Position numbers and translations under genes: made by a program. A DNA stretch of 20,000 nt from Chiloscyllium plagiosum (taxonomy: Eukaryota), in assembly GCF_004010195.1 (NCBI RefSeq), contig NC_057718.1, positions 6,815,267 to 6,835,266 on the forward strand. The letters run 5' to 3'. The notes below the pieces were generated by a model. The model did no database searches. It had not been told where the DNA came from and saw only the letters and a list, made by a program, of their open reading frames with translations. Below are positions 1-9,640 of the stretch, piece by piece (the first letter of the stretch is position 1; each line of letters starts with the position of its first letter).

Positions 1-1
1 T

Positions 2-49
2 TATGGCGAGTGTCCTGGTCCATTGTGTTGTGCATACAATCAAACGGAT
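2..49 (+). CDS. Candidate 3' end of an internal coding exon (YGECPGPLCCAYNQTD), gene not recognised
   Basis: Non-repetitive open frame TAT GGC GAG TGT ... ACG GAT ending at a good donor GAT|GTAAGC (49|50), phase 0. The exon start lies outside the window. Confidence 0.4.
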
Positions 50-681
50 GTAAGCTTGTGGTTTGACTCTGTTTGGTGCTGTTCCAGAAACAGAAGGAGG
101 GTTTTGTAAAGATGTAATGTAAACACTCCATTTGTGTTTTTGAACATCATAGACAAATTGGCAGAGATCAGAGCAGTCTTGCCCTTTAACGGGGACTATT
201 GCCAAATGCATACAACCATTGAGCCAGCCTCATCACCTATAACAGGACAGTCGAGAAATCAATCATTTACAACCAGATATAATGAAGTAATCAAAACCTG
301 TGCAATTTAGCTTAACATTTCATCATACCGCCCACCACCTTCTCTTTCCTGGTCTCCCTTATTTTGATCATAATGCCTTCATTTCTCCAAAAGGGAAATG
401 TAGTCTCACCTGGCATGACAAGCGATTAGTTACAGCTACCCAACAGAGCTACCGAGACTTCCAATAATTACTTTGAACGCGTTCCTCAAATATCACTGAA
501 ATCGTATGTTTCAATGCATTCATTTTCAGAATGCAGATATCGTAGGTGAGGCCAATGTTTGCTTTCCATCTTTCAAGGAGATGGGAGTGGTGAGCTGTCA
601 TTTTAAACCACAGCAGCCTACACAAAAGTAGAGCAAACCTGTTGTTAATTGGCATCTATGGGACCAGGACTGTGCCTGATG

Positions 682-846
682 CATCAGGAATGATGAAGGG
701 CTCCTGCCCGAAACATCGATTTTCCTGCTCCTCGGATGCTGCCTGACCTGTCCTGCTCCTCGGATGCTGCCTGACCTGCTGTGCTTTTCCAGCACCACTC
801 TAATCTTGGTTCTAATCTCCAGCATCTGCAGTACCCACTTCCGCCT
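682..846 (+). mobile_element. Penelope-like pLTR-derived short element with degenerate hammerhead core
   Basis: aTGATGA-A-GGGC-tcct-GCCC-GAAA-catc (690-717), then family body tcctgctcctcggatgctgcctgacctgctgtgcttttccagc...ccagcatctgcagtacccactt shared with many other loci in the window. Internal 28 bp tandem duplication at 723-778. Confidence 0.7.
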
Positions 847-847
847 T

Positions 848-1420
848 GGAGAAATTGTTCCCAATAGGGGCGGCACGGTGGCTCAGTGGTTAGCACTGCA
901 GCCTCACCGCGCCAGGGTCCCAGGTTTGATTCCAGCCTTGGGGGAACTGTCTGTGCGGAGTTTGCACATTCTCCCCGTGTCTGCGTGGTTTCCTCCGGGT
1001 ACTCCGGTTTCCTCCCAAAGATATGCAGATTAGGTGGATTGGCCACGCTAAATTGCCCATAGTGTTAGGTGCATTAGTCAGAGGGAAATGGGACTGGGTG
1101 GGTTACTCTTCGGAGGGTCGGTGTGGACTTGGTGGGCTGAAGAGCCTGTTTCCACACTGTAGGGAATCTAATCTAATCATTAAAGGATCGACAATGAGTG
1201 GCCACAGATTGAAAGTGATTTGCACGCATTGTAGATGTGATGTGAGACAAATAACTTTTCAGACAACAAGTGGTTCATGTTTGACAAACACTGTCTGGAA
1301 GTGTGATGGAGTGAGGTTCAACTGAGGCATTTATTATTTGAATTGACACGTTGTGTGGGGAAAAGATGGGTGAGTGGTGCTAAGTTATAGTGCTCATTCA
1401 AGAGCTGGAGAAAGTGTGTA
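848..1420 (+). mobile_element. Old CR1 LINE 3' fragment split by an HE1 SINE
   Basis: EKLFP (848-866) continues after the SINE as KGSTMSGHRLKVI..DVRQ.., resembling the CR1 ORF2 C-terminus (LFP..SRTRGH.LK..RRNFF). Confidence 0.55.
867..1178 (+). mobile_element. HE1-type tRNA-derived V-SINE, full length
   Basis: Head GGGGCGGCACGGTGGCTCAGTGGTTAGCAC (A box), GGTTTGATTCC (B box), core GGAGTTTGCACATTCTCCCCGTGTCTGCGTGG, LINE-like tail GCCTGTTTCCACACTGTAGG, then (AATCT)n. Confidence 0.9.
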
Positions 1421-1457
1421 ATAGCAGCCTGCTGTGCAGTAACCACCTCTGTGATTC

Positions 1458-1932
1458 CCATTAACATTTTGATTCCCTTGTCTAATAAGAATCCACCAAT
1501 TTCCACCTTTAAAATATTTACTGACCCTGTACCCACAGCTTTCTGAGGTAAGGAGTTCAAAGTAGCACAATCCTCAGAGAGAAAAAAATAAATTCCTCAA
1601 CTCTGTTCGGGCGGCACGGTGGCACTGCTGCCTCACAGTGCCAGAGACCCGGGTTCAATTCCTGCCTGAGGCGACTGACTGTGTGGAGTTTGCACATTCT
1701 CCCCGAGTCTGCGTGGGTTTGCTCCGGTTTCCTCCCACAGTCCAAAGATGTGCAGGTCAGGTGAATTGGCCATGCTAAATTGCCCATAGTGTTAGGTAAG
1801 GGGTAAATGTAGGGGTATGGGTGGTTTGCGCTTCAGCGGGGCGGTGTGGACTTGTTAGTCTGAAGGGCCTGTTTCCACACTGTAAAGTAATCTAATCTAA
1901 TCTGTCCTAAAATGGCACACACTTATTTTAAA
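1458..1932 (-). mobile_element. CR1 LINE 3' fragment split by an HE1 SINE
   Basis: Minus-strand translation NSLPQKAVGTGSVNILKVEIGGFLLDKGIK matches the CR1 ORF2 end. Possible TSD tctgttc (1602-1608) / tctgtcc (1901-1907) around the SINE. Confidence 0.65.
1609..1902 (+). mobile_element. HE1-type SINE with A-box deletion
   Basis: GGGCGGCACGGTGGCACTGC head lacking tcagtggttagc, B box GGTTCAATTCC, V-domain core, (AATCT)n tail. Confidence 0.9.
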
Positions 1933-2004
1933 ATTCTTTCAAATGTTTTTATACTGTGGCCCCCGGTCGTCTCCTCTGCCCTGAAGCTCTTCAGCCTTTC
2001 ACTC

Positions 2005-2182
2005 TGCCTCCCCTCCCTTCCCCCCACCTCCTGTCCCACCCCCACTCTCCTATTTATCTCTCAGCCCGCTTGAGCGCCCCCCAACATTCCTGATGAAGGG
2101 CTTATGCCCGAAAAGTCGACTCTCCTGCTCCTCAGACACTGTCTGACCTGCTGTGCTTTTCCAGCGCCACATCTTTTGACTC
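2005..2182 (+). mobile_element. Penelope-like 3'/pLTR fragment with near-intact hammerhead core
   Basis: C-rich leader, then CTGATGA-A-GGGC-ttat-GCCC-GAAA-aGTC (2090-2117) and the family body. Confidence 0.7.
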
Positions 2183-2189
2183 ACTCTCT

Positions 2190-2885
2190 TGAGCTGTGCC
2201 AGTTTTTGGGGTGAAGATACACTCTCACTCCTGTTCAGGATGCAGTTCAAAGATGTTAACCCAGCAACATTGAAGGGACAGTGATATATTTCTAAGTCTG
2301 GATGGTGAATGGCTTAGAGAGAATCTTGCAGACAGTGGTGTTCCCATGCGTCTGCTGCTCTAGTCCATCCAGATGGTAGATGTCAATGGTTTGGAATATT
2401 CTGTTATAGGAATCTTGGTGAGTTGTTGCTGTGCTTAGTCATTGAGTCACAAGGCATGGTCTAACCATTCCATGCCAAACATAATGCCAAACTAATCCCA
2501 CCTGCCTGTCCCTGGCCCACCTAGTACATAGAACACTGTGCTCCTGTATCAGTGCTGGAGGGGGTGAATGTTGAACAGAGGTGGTGGATGGAGTGCTAAT
2601 CAAGTGGGCTCCTTTGATCTGGATACTGTTGAGTTTCTTGATTGCAGTTGGAGCTGCCCTCCTCCAAGCGAGTGAAGATTATTTCTTCAGACACCTGACC
2701 TGTGACTTGTAAATGGTGGACTGGCGCTGGGGGGTCACGAGATGATTGCTTGCTACCGTATTCCTAGGCTCTGACCTGCTCTTGTAGCCAGAGCATTTAC
2801 ATGGTTGGCCCATTTCAGTCCCTGGACAATGATAGCCCCTGGAGGTTGATGGTGGGGGATTGAATATTGGCAATGCTATTGAATG
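2190..2885 (-). mobile_element. Degenerate CR1-group (Zenon/L2-like) LINE RT C-terminal fragment
   Basis: Minus-strand HLVTPQRQSTIYKSQVR resembles the LTPQ.LSTIYKAQVR..MEY motif. 2260-2400 is the reverse complement of 7660-7800. Confidence 0.65.
2436..2520 (-). mobile_element. Short CR1/HER1 3' tail fragment inserted in the Zenon/L2-like LINE
   Basis: tccatgccaaacataatgccaaac matches the CR1 tail seen at 13620-13685 and 14219-14243. GAGTCA tail motif at the left end. Confidence 0.55.
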
Positions 2886-3195
2886 ACTCACATAAGCATC
2901 ACAGATAGAGGTAGAAATTCTAATTATGTCCTTTGATTCATTTCAGTGAACGAAAAGGTTGCTCAAGTATCTGAGGTTATCAAACACAAATTTGTGAAGT
3001 TGTTTTGTGAGATAGGGTCCAAAAGCGTCTTTTACGTGATGTGACAATGGTTATGTTATCCCTCATAATGAAAGAAACTAAACCTGGACATTGTGATATT
3101 GAAGAATCTGACAGACATTAATGATTGTTGATTACCATGTCCAAGCATTCCATTTACAGGCACTTAAATGTCTGGGCTGATCTTAGTTTGTTAGA

Positions 3196-3391
3196 TCCAC
3201 CTATTGCATTCTCAGCTACCTTCCTCCCAGCCTCACCCCCTTCCACTTATCTGCCCATCCCCAAGGCTCCCAACCTCATTCCTGATGAAGGGCTTTTCCT
3301 GGTCCTCGGATGCTGCCTGACCTGCTGTGGTTTTCCAGCACCACTCTAATCTAAACTCTAATTTCCAGCATCTGCAGTACCCACTTTCGCC
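3196..3391 (+). mobile_element. Penelope-like 3'/pLTR fragment with half of the hammerhead deleted
   Basis: CTGATGAAGGGCTTTT (3282-3297) joins directly to cctggtcctc, so GCCCGAAACGTC is missing. The rest matches 682-846 and 5131-5261. Confidence 0.7.
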
Positions 3392-3671
3392 TAGTTGATA
3401 CAAACGAGAACAGCAGAGTGTCACACATGAACTGAGCTGCGGTAAGTAGCTGCCCTCAGGTCACATGCCATATACAGAAACGATATCAAGCGCTTGTTTC
3501 TCCAAGCTCTGCCAATATCCTGACCGTGTGAAATGGGCTTCACTTAGAAACCAGAGAATGCTTGTGTTGATGGCGAGTAAGTTTGTCAAAGAACCACAGT
3601 GAGCAATGGGCGGAAGGACAATGAGCCACTTGCTTTGCATTCCATATTTTTACATTAACTGAGTGACAGGA

Positions 3672-3849
3672 AGGCATCGTACTGTCATGATTCTTCAGCT
3701 GATCATCCAGAGAAATCATAAGTTCAAATCCCACTCTGGTAATTTCAGAATCTGAATTATGGTCCAAATGTGACCCTCACATTGTGAGAAGATTGTAAAA
3801 ATTGAACTGGTTCACTCCTGTTTTTTTGGGAAGGAAATTTGTCATCCTA
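3672..3849 (+). mobile_element. Degenerate tRNA-derived SINE (non-HE1 family)
   Basis: B-box-like AGTTCAAATCCCAC (3721-3734), then motifs ctggttcact...gggaaggaaatttgtcatcc that I recall from a shark SINE family. Confidence 0.4.
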
Positions 3850-3850
3850 A

Positions 3851-4047
3851 AGGTTTGCATGTGGAATGAACTTCCTGAGGAAGTGGTAGATGTGGGCACA
3901 CTTAGAACACTTAAAAGACACTTGGATAAGTACATGAATAGGGAAGGTTTGGAGGGACATGAGCCAGGAGCAGTCGATTGGGACCAGTTCAGTTTGGGAA
4001 AGCTGGTAGGCATGAATGAGTCCGTGCTGTATGACTCCATAACTCTA
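3851..4047 (+). mobile_element. CR1 LINE 3' end
   Basis: WNELPEEVVDVGTLRTLKRHLDKYMNREGLEG, then tail gtgctgtatgactccataactcta. Confidence 0.8.
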
Positions 4048-4069
4048 CAACACAGGCTCATATTTGATT

Positions 4070-4539
4070 GTAGGAGCATAGGAACAGGAATAAGCTCTTC
4101 ATTCCCTCAAGACTGTCCACCATTCAATGAGATCATGGCTGATCTGTGAGGGGAAAGTGAGGACTGCAGATGCTGGAGATCAGAGCTGAAAATGTGTTGC
4201 TGGAAAAGCGCAGCAGGTCAGGCAGCATTCAAGAAGCAGGAGAATCGACGTTTCAGGCATGAGCCCTTCTTCCTGAAGAAGGGCTCATGCCCCAAACGTC
4301 GATTCTCCTGCTTCTTGGATGCTGCCTCATCTGTGACCTAACTCCATATACCTGCCTTTGGCCCAGATCCAATAATATTTCAGTTTAATAAAAAAATTAA
4401 CAACTGATCCAGCATCTACTGCCCTTTGTGGAAGAGATTTTAATCATCTCCCACCCTTTGTGTGTAGAAGTGTTTCCTAGCATCTCTCATGAATGGACTG
4501 ACCCTAATTTTTAGACTATGTCCATTAGTTCTAGAGTTC
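4070..4539 (-). mobile_element. CR1 LINE 3' end interrupted by a hairpin element
   Basis: 3' UTR motif ccattcaatgagatcatggctgatc (compare 15987-16010) and ORF2-end-like sequence resuming after 4329. Confidence 0.7.
4150..4328. mobile_element. Head-to-head (hairpin) Penelope-like pLTR element with 8 bp TSD
   Basis: Arms 4220-4272 and 4275-4327 are 53 bp inverted repeats with 3 mismatches. Flanked by atctgtga at 4142-4149 and 4329-4336. Confidence 0.8.
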
Positions 4540-5094
4540 AGGTATGCATCACATCTGGTCTCTAATATGTCCTGGCATGCTTCTTAGTTCCATTAAATCA
4601 CTGCACGAAATGGTAACCATTTAAGGAGAAGATCCATCACCGACGGCAAGGGCAATAATTGCCAACATTGCCTGTGACCCTCATGTTCCAGTGGAGGTGA
4701 TGCTGTGGAATCATGTAGTGTGGGAGAGCTGAAGAGGGACATGATGGATATAAATTGGAGATGATAGTTACAGGCGATGAATAGTGTGTGGGAACGTTCA
4801 GTCTCTGAGCTGACAATGCATCTGCAAAAACCTGTAAATTCCAACATCACTATAAACTGTGCATCTCTGATGAAAACTGATCCTGCTGGTTACATTCCTT
4901 CATGTGTTGAGAGTGAGGACAAGCCAAGTGAAAGAAGTTCAACAAGGGTTGAGCTGAAGCAGTTGCTCTGATGTTCAGTTAGTCAGCAGACCTCTCGCTA
5001 GAAGACAAATCTCCCATTTGTAGTGTATTGAGATTGAAACAGAATCATAGGCTTTCACTTATAAAGTGAAGTGTGTTGGCTGTTCTTAACAGAG

Positions 5095-5565
5095 TAAACA
5101 AACAGGAGGCTGGAAAAACAGGAGGCTGGATTCCTGATGAAGGGCTTTTGCCCGAAACGTCAATTTTCCTGCTCCTTAGATGCTGCCTGTCCTGCTGTGC
5201 TTTTCCAGCACCACTCTAATCTTGACTCTGATCTCCAGCAACTGCAGTACCCACTTTCGCCAGGCTAGAAGAATATGGCAAGCCAGACAGCATCAGGAGT
5301 TGGAGAAAGTGAGGACTGCAGATGCTGGAGATCAGAGTTGAAAAGTGGAAAAGCACAGCCGGTCAGGCTGCATCCAAGGAGCAGGAGAACTGATGTTTTG
5401 GGCTTAACCCATTCATTAGGAATGTGATCATCAACTCCTCTTGAATCCTAAAGAAGGGTTATACCTGAAGCATTGACTTCTCCACCTCCTGGTGCTGCCT
5501 GACTGACTGTCTTCTTCCAGCCTCTTGCTAGTCTGCTTTGCATTCCAGCATCTACAGTTCCTTAT
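5095..5565. mobile_element. Nested cluster of four Penelope-like pLTR pieces
   Basis: Older inverted pair (minus arm ~5095-5130 plus 5262-5305; plus arm ~5446-5565) with younger copies at 5131-5261 (+, flanked by aggctgga/aggctaga) and 5302-5425 (-). Confidence 0.65.
5134..5161 (+). ncRNA. Minimal type I hammerhead ribozyme core (Penelope-type), intact
   Basis: CTGATGA-A-GGGC-TTTT-GCCC-GAAA-CGTC: both conserved boxes, 4 bp stem II, palindromic ACGT in place of stem III, GUC triplet. Stem I pairing is weak. Confidence 0.6.
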
Positions 5566-5611
5566 ATCTGTAAGCACGTTTTTAGCAGACTGGCTTTCAC
5601 TGCAAATCTGG

Positions 5612-6077
5612 ATAGACAATAGACAATAGACAATAGACAATAGACAATAGACAATAGACAATAGACAATAGACAATAGACAATAGACAATAGACAATAGA
5701 CAATAGACAATAGACAATAGACAATAGACAATAGACAATAGACAATAGACAATAGACAATAGACAATAGACAATAGACAATAGACAATAGACAATAGACA
5801 ATAGACAATAGACAATAGACAATAGACAATAGACAATAGACAATAGACAATAGACAATAGACAATAGACAATAGACAATAGACAATAGACAATAGACAAT
5901 AGACAATAGACAATAGACAATAGACAATAGACAATAGACAATAGACAATAGACAATAGACAATAGACAATAGACAATAGACAATAGACAATAGACAATAG
6001 ACAATAGACAATAGACAATAGACAATAGACAATAGACAATAGACAATAGACAATAGACAATAGACAATAGACAATAG
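5612..6077. repeat. Perfect heptamer tandem repeat (ATAGACA)66 plus ATAG
   Basis: 462 bp from 5612 to 6073 equals 66 units with no visible variant. It explains the spurious (LLSIVYC)n ORFs. Confidence 0.97.
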
Positions 6078-6208
6078 GTGCAGGAGTACCAGCATGCTGT
6101 TAGCCTTCTTCACTACCTGCTGTACCTGCATGCTTACCTTCATTGACTGGTGTACAAGAACACCCAGATCTCTCTGTACTGCCCCTTTACATAAATTGAT
6201 TCCATTTA
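6074..6208 (-). mobile_element. Internally deleted, 5'-truncated CR1 remnant whose tail is the heptamer array
   Basis: ataggtgcaggagta matches 15944-15958, and 6089-6208 matches 16565-16684 (LCKGAVQRDLGVLVHQSMKVSMQVQQVVKKAN). Confidence 0.85.
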
Positions 6209-6580
6209 CCCCAATTGATTGACCCCAATCAAGCACCATCAGGAACCCACTTTAAATACCTGGAAACATCTGTGCTTTGTGACTACCTCTCCTTACATTA
6301 ATTATGTGTGCAAATTTTCATGTATGCTAGTCACATCTAAGTGGTGATTTGGCCCTGCCTGCGACTGCTCTTCCTCACATGAGACTTTGTGAAGTCAGGC
6401 TTGAGAAATCACCCAGCCCATGATCTGGAGCTGAATGAATCATCTCCAGCAGGAGGTGACTGAAGGACACTGGTCTGAGACATGGAAAAGCCATCATCCA
6501 ATGATTTCCCACATTGAGAAATACACAAGATTTCTTGGCACTTGGCACTTCTCTTTGACCAGAAATAGCCTCTTACTCAA

Positions 6581-6832
6581 CCCTTTAGAACTGAGATGAG
6601 GAGGAATTTCTTCAGCCTGAGGGTGGTGACTCTACGGAACTCATTGGCACTGTGGAGGCCTAGTCATTGAGTGTATTTAAGACATTGATCGATAAGTTCC
6701 TGATTAGTGAGGGAATTAAAGTCTACAGACAGAAGGCAGGAGAGTGGGGTTGAGAATCATATTGGTCATGATTGAATGGTGGAGCAGACCTGATGGGCAG
6801 AATGGCCTAATTCTGCTCCTATATCTGATGGT
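6581..6832 (+). mobile_element. CR1 LINE 3' end
   Basis: PFRTEMRRNFFSLRVV start and 3' UTR gattgaatggtggagcagacctgatgggcagaatggcctaattctgctcct. Confidence 0.8.
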
Positions 6833-6939
6833 GGTATTATCTTTGGCGGAAGTCCAGGGTACAAGTATCACTATAGGAATGACTTGGCTCCCCACTGTCC
6901 CATCCGCTCAGAACCACAGCTCAGGGTGGTATTGCGAGA

Positions 6940-7090
6940 ATTGAGAATTGGAGGTGGTGGGTGTGGGGAGGATGGGGTGAGGGAGAGATGGGGGAAGGAT
7001 CATAGCCTTTGGAGGGAGAGATTGAGAGGGGTGGGGACTTGGAGATCAGGGTCAGGGAGAGAAATGATGATCAGGGATCAGGACAGGAAT
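6940..7090. repeat. Purine/G-rich low-complexity tract with short (GATCAGG)-like repeats
   Basis: Runs of GGGGA/GAGA and repeated gatcagg/ggtcagg units at 7044-7088. Confidence 0.5.
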
Positions 7091-7299
7091 TCCACAGTCC
7101 GCATTTTGCATCCAGGAATGATCAGTTGTGCAGAGGTTGGTGTAAGTGTTTGACTTCTTTTAATGGAGCAGACATTCAGGGTTAGTTTGTCAGTGGACTT
7201 GTACTTCAGAACTTACTGCACCCCTAGTTAAGCCATTCCAGTCCAGTAAAACATTGACATTTACCCGCCAATATAAGCAATTGCCCACAGGTGTCCTGT

Positions 7300-7840
7300 G
7301 CCCCATTAACAGTAACAGAATTGTACTCCATACAATCTTAATCACATGGCCTGGTATACCCCTCACTCAAAAATTGCCTTGAAGCAGGGGATCAACCCTG
7401 GTTCAATGGAAAAATGCAGAACATCATGCCAGGAGCAGCATTAGGCATACCTGAAATCTATCTGGGGAAGCTACAAAACAGGATGATTCACATGCTAGAC
7501 AGTGGAAGCAACAATCGATAGACAGCGCTAAGTGATTCCAAAACGAACAGATCATCTTGGAGTTCTGCGGACCTGCCATATCTAGTCATACTTGAAATGT
7601 TAACTCTTTTTTTTCTCTCTACAGATGCTGAGTTACTCCAGTATTTTCTAAGTCCTGTGATAGCACCTTCCAAACCCATCAGTCCGACCATCTCAGAGAA
7701 CAAGAGAAGCAGATACATGGGAATGCCATCCCCTCCAGGTTCCCCTCCAAGACACTCACCATCCTAACTTGGAACTATATTGCCATTCCTTCATTGTTAC
7801 TGGAACTCCATCCATAAAAACATTGTTAGTGTCCTTGCAC
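7300..7840 (+). mobile_element. Zenon/L2-like LINE fragments (EN-RT linker 7300-7590; C-terminus 7660-7840)
   Basis: ggggatcaaccctggttcaatg (GDQPWFN) linker motif and agcaccttccaaaccca...cagatacatgggaa...cactcaccatcctaacttgg, the same family as 2190-2885. Confidence 0.6.
7593..7650 (+). mobile_element. Small degenerate Penelope-like pLTR fragment
   Basis: gaaatgttaactct...tctctctacagatgctg...ccagtattttct resembles 13866-13931. Confidence 0.45.
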
Positions 7841-7924
7841 ATATATTAAATACATGCACAATCAGTAATAGCTCTGAATCAGAACGTTAATGTAAGAAAG
7901 GAACTTGTTAAATTTATGATCACA

Positions 7925-9090
7925 GCGAAAATATTACTGAGCAAACTGATAGAGTTGCAAGTAAATAAGTTCACTGGTCCTGATGGACACCTTCAGAGGA
8001 CCTTAAAAGAGATAGCTGTTGAGGTAGTAGGTTAATTGGTCTCAATTTTCCAAAATTCATTCAATAATGGAAAGGTTCCCACAGGTTGAAAAATAGCAAA
8101 TATACTAAAGGAGGGATGGAGGCAGGATACAGGAATTACAAAATCTATAAGCTGAATATCTGTCAGGCAGAAGGTAGCAGATTCAATCTTTCAGGAGGTT
8201 TGGCTGGACACTTAGATAACTCAATGTAGTTGGGAAAAGTCAGGATGGTTTTGTGAAAGGGAAACCGTGTTTAATCAATTGATTGGAATTATTTGAAGGA
8301 ATAATAGCTGTTATGGATGAAGGGAACTCTATTGATGCACTGTACTTGCAATTTCAGAAAGCATTTGGCAAGGTTCCACAGAAAGGATTATTGTGAAAAA
8401 TAGAAGCTCATGGTACAAGGGACAAAATATTAGGGTGGGGAGAAGATCGGCTGGCGAGCAGAAAACAGAGAGCATTCTGAAGTGGGTTTTTTTTCAGACT
8501 GGCGGGATGTGATGAGCGTTTTCTCACAAGAGTCTATGCTTGAGCCTCAACTTTTACAATCTATAGCAATAACTGAGATGAGGGGTTTGAAGATGGAGAG
8601 GAAACTACATTGTGAAGATGACAAGGCAACGATGCAGACCAATCTAGATGGTTTAAATGGATTGGGGAAAACTCTGACAGATGGAGTATAATGTGAAAAA
8701 AAACAGAATGTTGTTTAAATATGGAATGATCACAGGATTCTGAGGTTCAAAAGGATCTAATTATTCTAGTGTGTGAGTGGAGAATATAATTTAAACAAGT
8801 AATTAATGCCTTTTCTTTATTATGGCAGGAATTGAACAGAAAATAAAGGATGGTAATCTTTAGTTGGACATGGCAAGCGTGAGACCACCTGTCAAATACT
8901 GTGTGCAGTTCCAGACAAAGATGAGAGGATTTGCTTTTCTCTCTCAGAATGTTGTGCAACTTTGCCAGTGGAACCATTAAATATTTTTATGGCAGAGGTA
9001 GATAAATTCTTGTTAGGCAAGATTATCAGCGATAGATGGGAATGTGGAATTCAGAACACAACTGTGATCAGAGCGAATGATTGAATGGCT
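7925..9090 (+). mobile_element. Old CR1 LINE RT region with many deletions and stops
   Basis: KLIELQVNKFTGPDG, QDGFVKGKPCLIN, FQKAFGKVP motifs and 3' UTR atgattgaatggc. Confidence 0.8.
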
Positions 9091-9110
9091 CTAAACTCCA
9101 GCTGACTTCG

Positions 9111-9220
9111 TCTGATCAAGGAGTAGTGGTCTGAAAGCTTGTGATTTCAAATAAACCTATTGGCCTATAATCTTGTGACTCCTGACATAGTCCACCCTAG
9201 TCCAACACAAGCATCTCTAC
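9111..9220 (+). mobile_element. Second Penelope-like pLTR family with a degenerate hammerhead (AAGCTT type)
   Basis: CTGATcA-A-GGAG-tagtg-gtct-GAAA-GCTT followed by AATAAA (9149-9154). Confidence 0.5.
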
Positions 9221-9526
9221 AGTACTGCCTCACTGCACCAGGGCCACAGATTCAATTCCAGCCTCGGGCAACTTGTCTGTGTAGAGTTTGCACATTCTCC
9301 CCGTGTCTGTGTGGGTTTCCTCTGGGTGCTCTGGTTTCCTCCCACAGTCCAAAGATGTGCAGGTCAAGGTGGATTGGCTGTGCTTAGTTGCCAATAGCGT
9401 TCAGGGATGTATAGGTTAGGAGCATTAGTCAGGGGAATGGGTCTGGGTGAGTGACTCTTTGGAAGGTCAGTTTGGACTTGTTGAGCAAAATGGCCTGTTT
9501 CCACACTGTGGTGATTCCATGATTCT
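9221..9526 (+). mobile_element. HE1-type SINE, 5' truncated
   Basis: B box gattcaattcc, core GAGTTTGCACATTCTCCCCGTGTCTG, tail ggcctgtttccacactgt...gattccatgattct. Confidence 0.88.
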
Positions 9527-9550
9527 GTATAGATTTCAGCAAGTCCAGAT

Positions 9551-9640
9551 GGCAACTCACCACCACCTTCTCAAGGACAATTAGAGATGGACAACGATAT
9601 TACTTGCCAGCAATATCCACATCCCATGAAAGAATAAGAA
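9551..9640 (+). mobile_element. 3' terminus of the Zenon/L2-like LINE
   Basis: gcaactcaccaccaccttctcaaggacaattag (ATHHHLLKDN*) then cacatcccatgaaagaataa. Probable continuation of 7660-7840. Confidence 0.55.

Noticed and set aside
867..940. tRNA gene
   Set aside because: The A and B boxes are the head of an HE1 SINE and run into the SINE core. The same applies to the other HE1 copies.
598..1787. Overlapping short ORFs on both strands
   Set aside because: They are translations of SINE, pLTR and LINE debris, and similar peptides recur at other repeat copies.
3395..3447. Possible exon ending at the strong donor GCG|GTAAGT
   Set aside because: From the nearest acceptor (supplied by a repeat end) all three frames contain stops. 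No further support.
4593..4971. ORFs in apparently unique DNA
   Set aside because: No recognisable motif or convincing splice sites, and lengths are compatible with chance.
5054..5070. Small hairpin ttcactt-ata-aagtgaa
   Set aside because: A 7 bp AT-rich stem is expected by chance in 20 kb.
5612..6077. CRISPR or telomeric array
   Set aside because: No spacers, not TTAGGG, and contiguous with a CR1 3' end.
5431..6239. Three long minus-strand ORFs encoding (LLSIVYC)n
   Set aside because: Produced by a 7-mer repeat that has no stop codons on that strand. No sign of a real gene.
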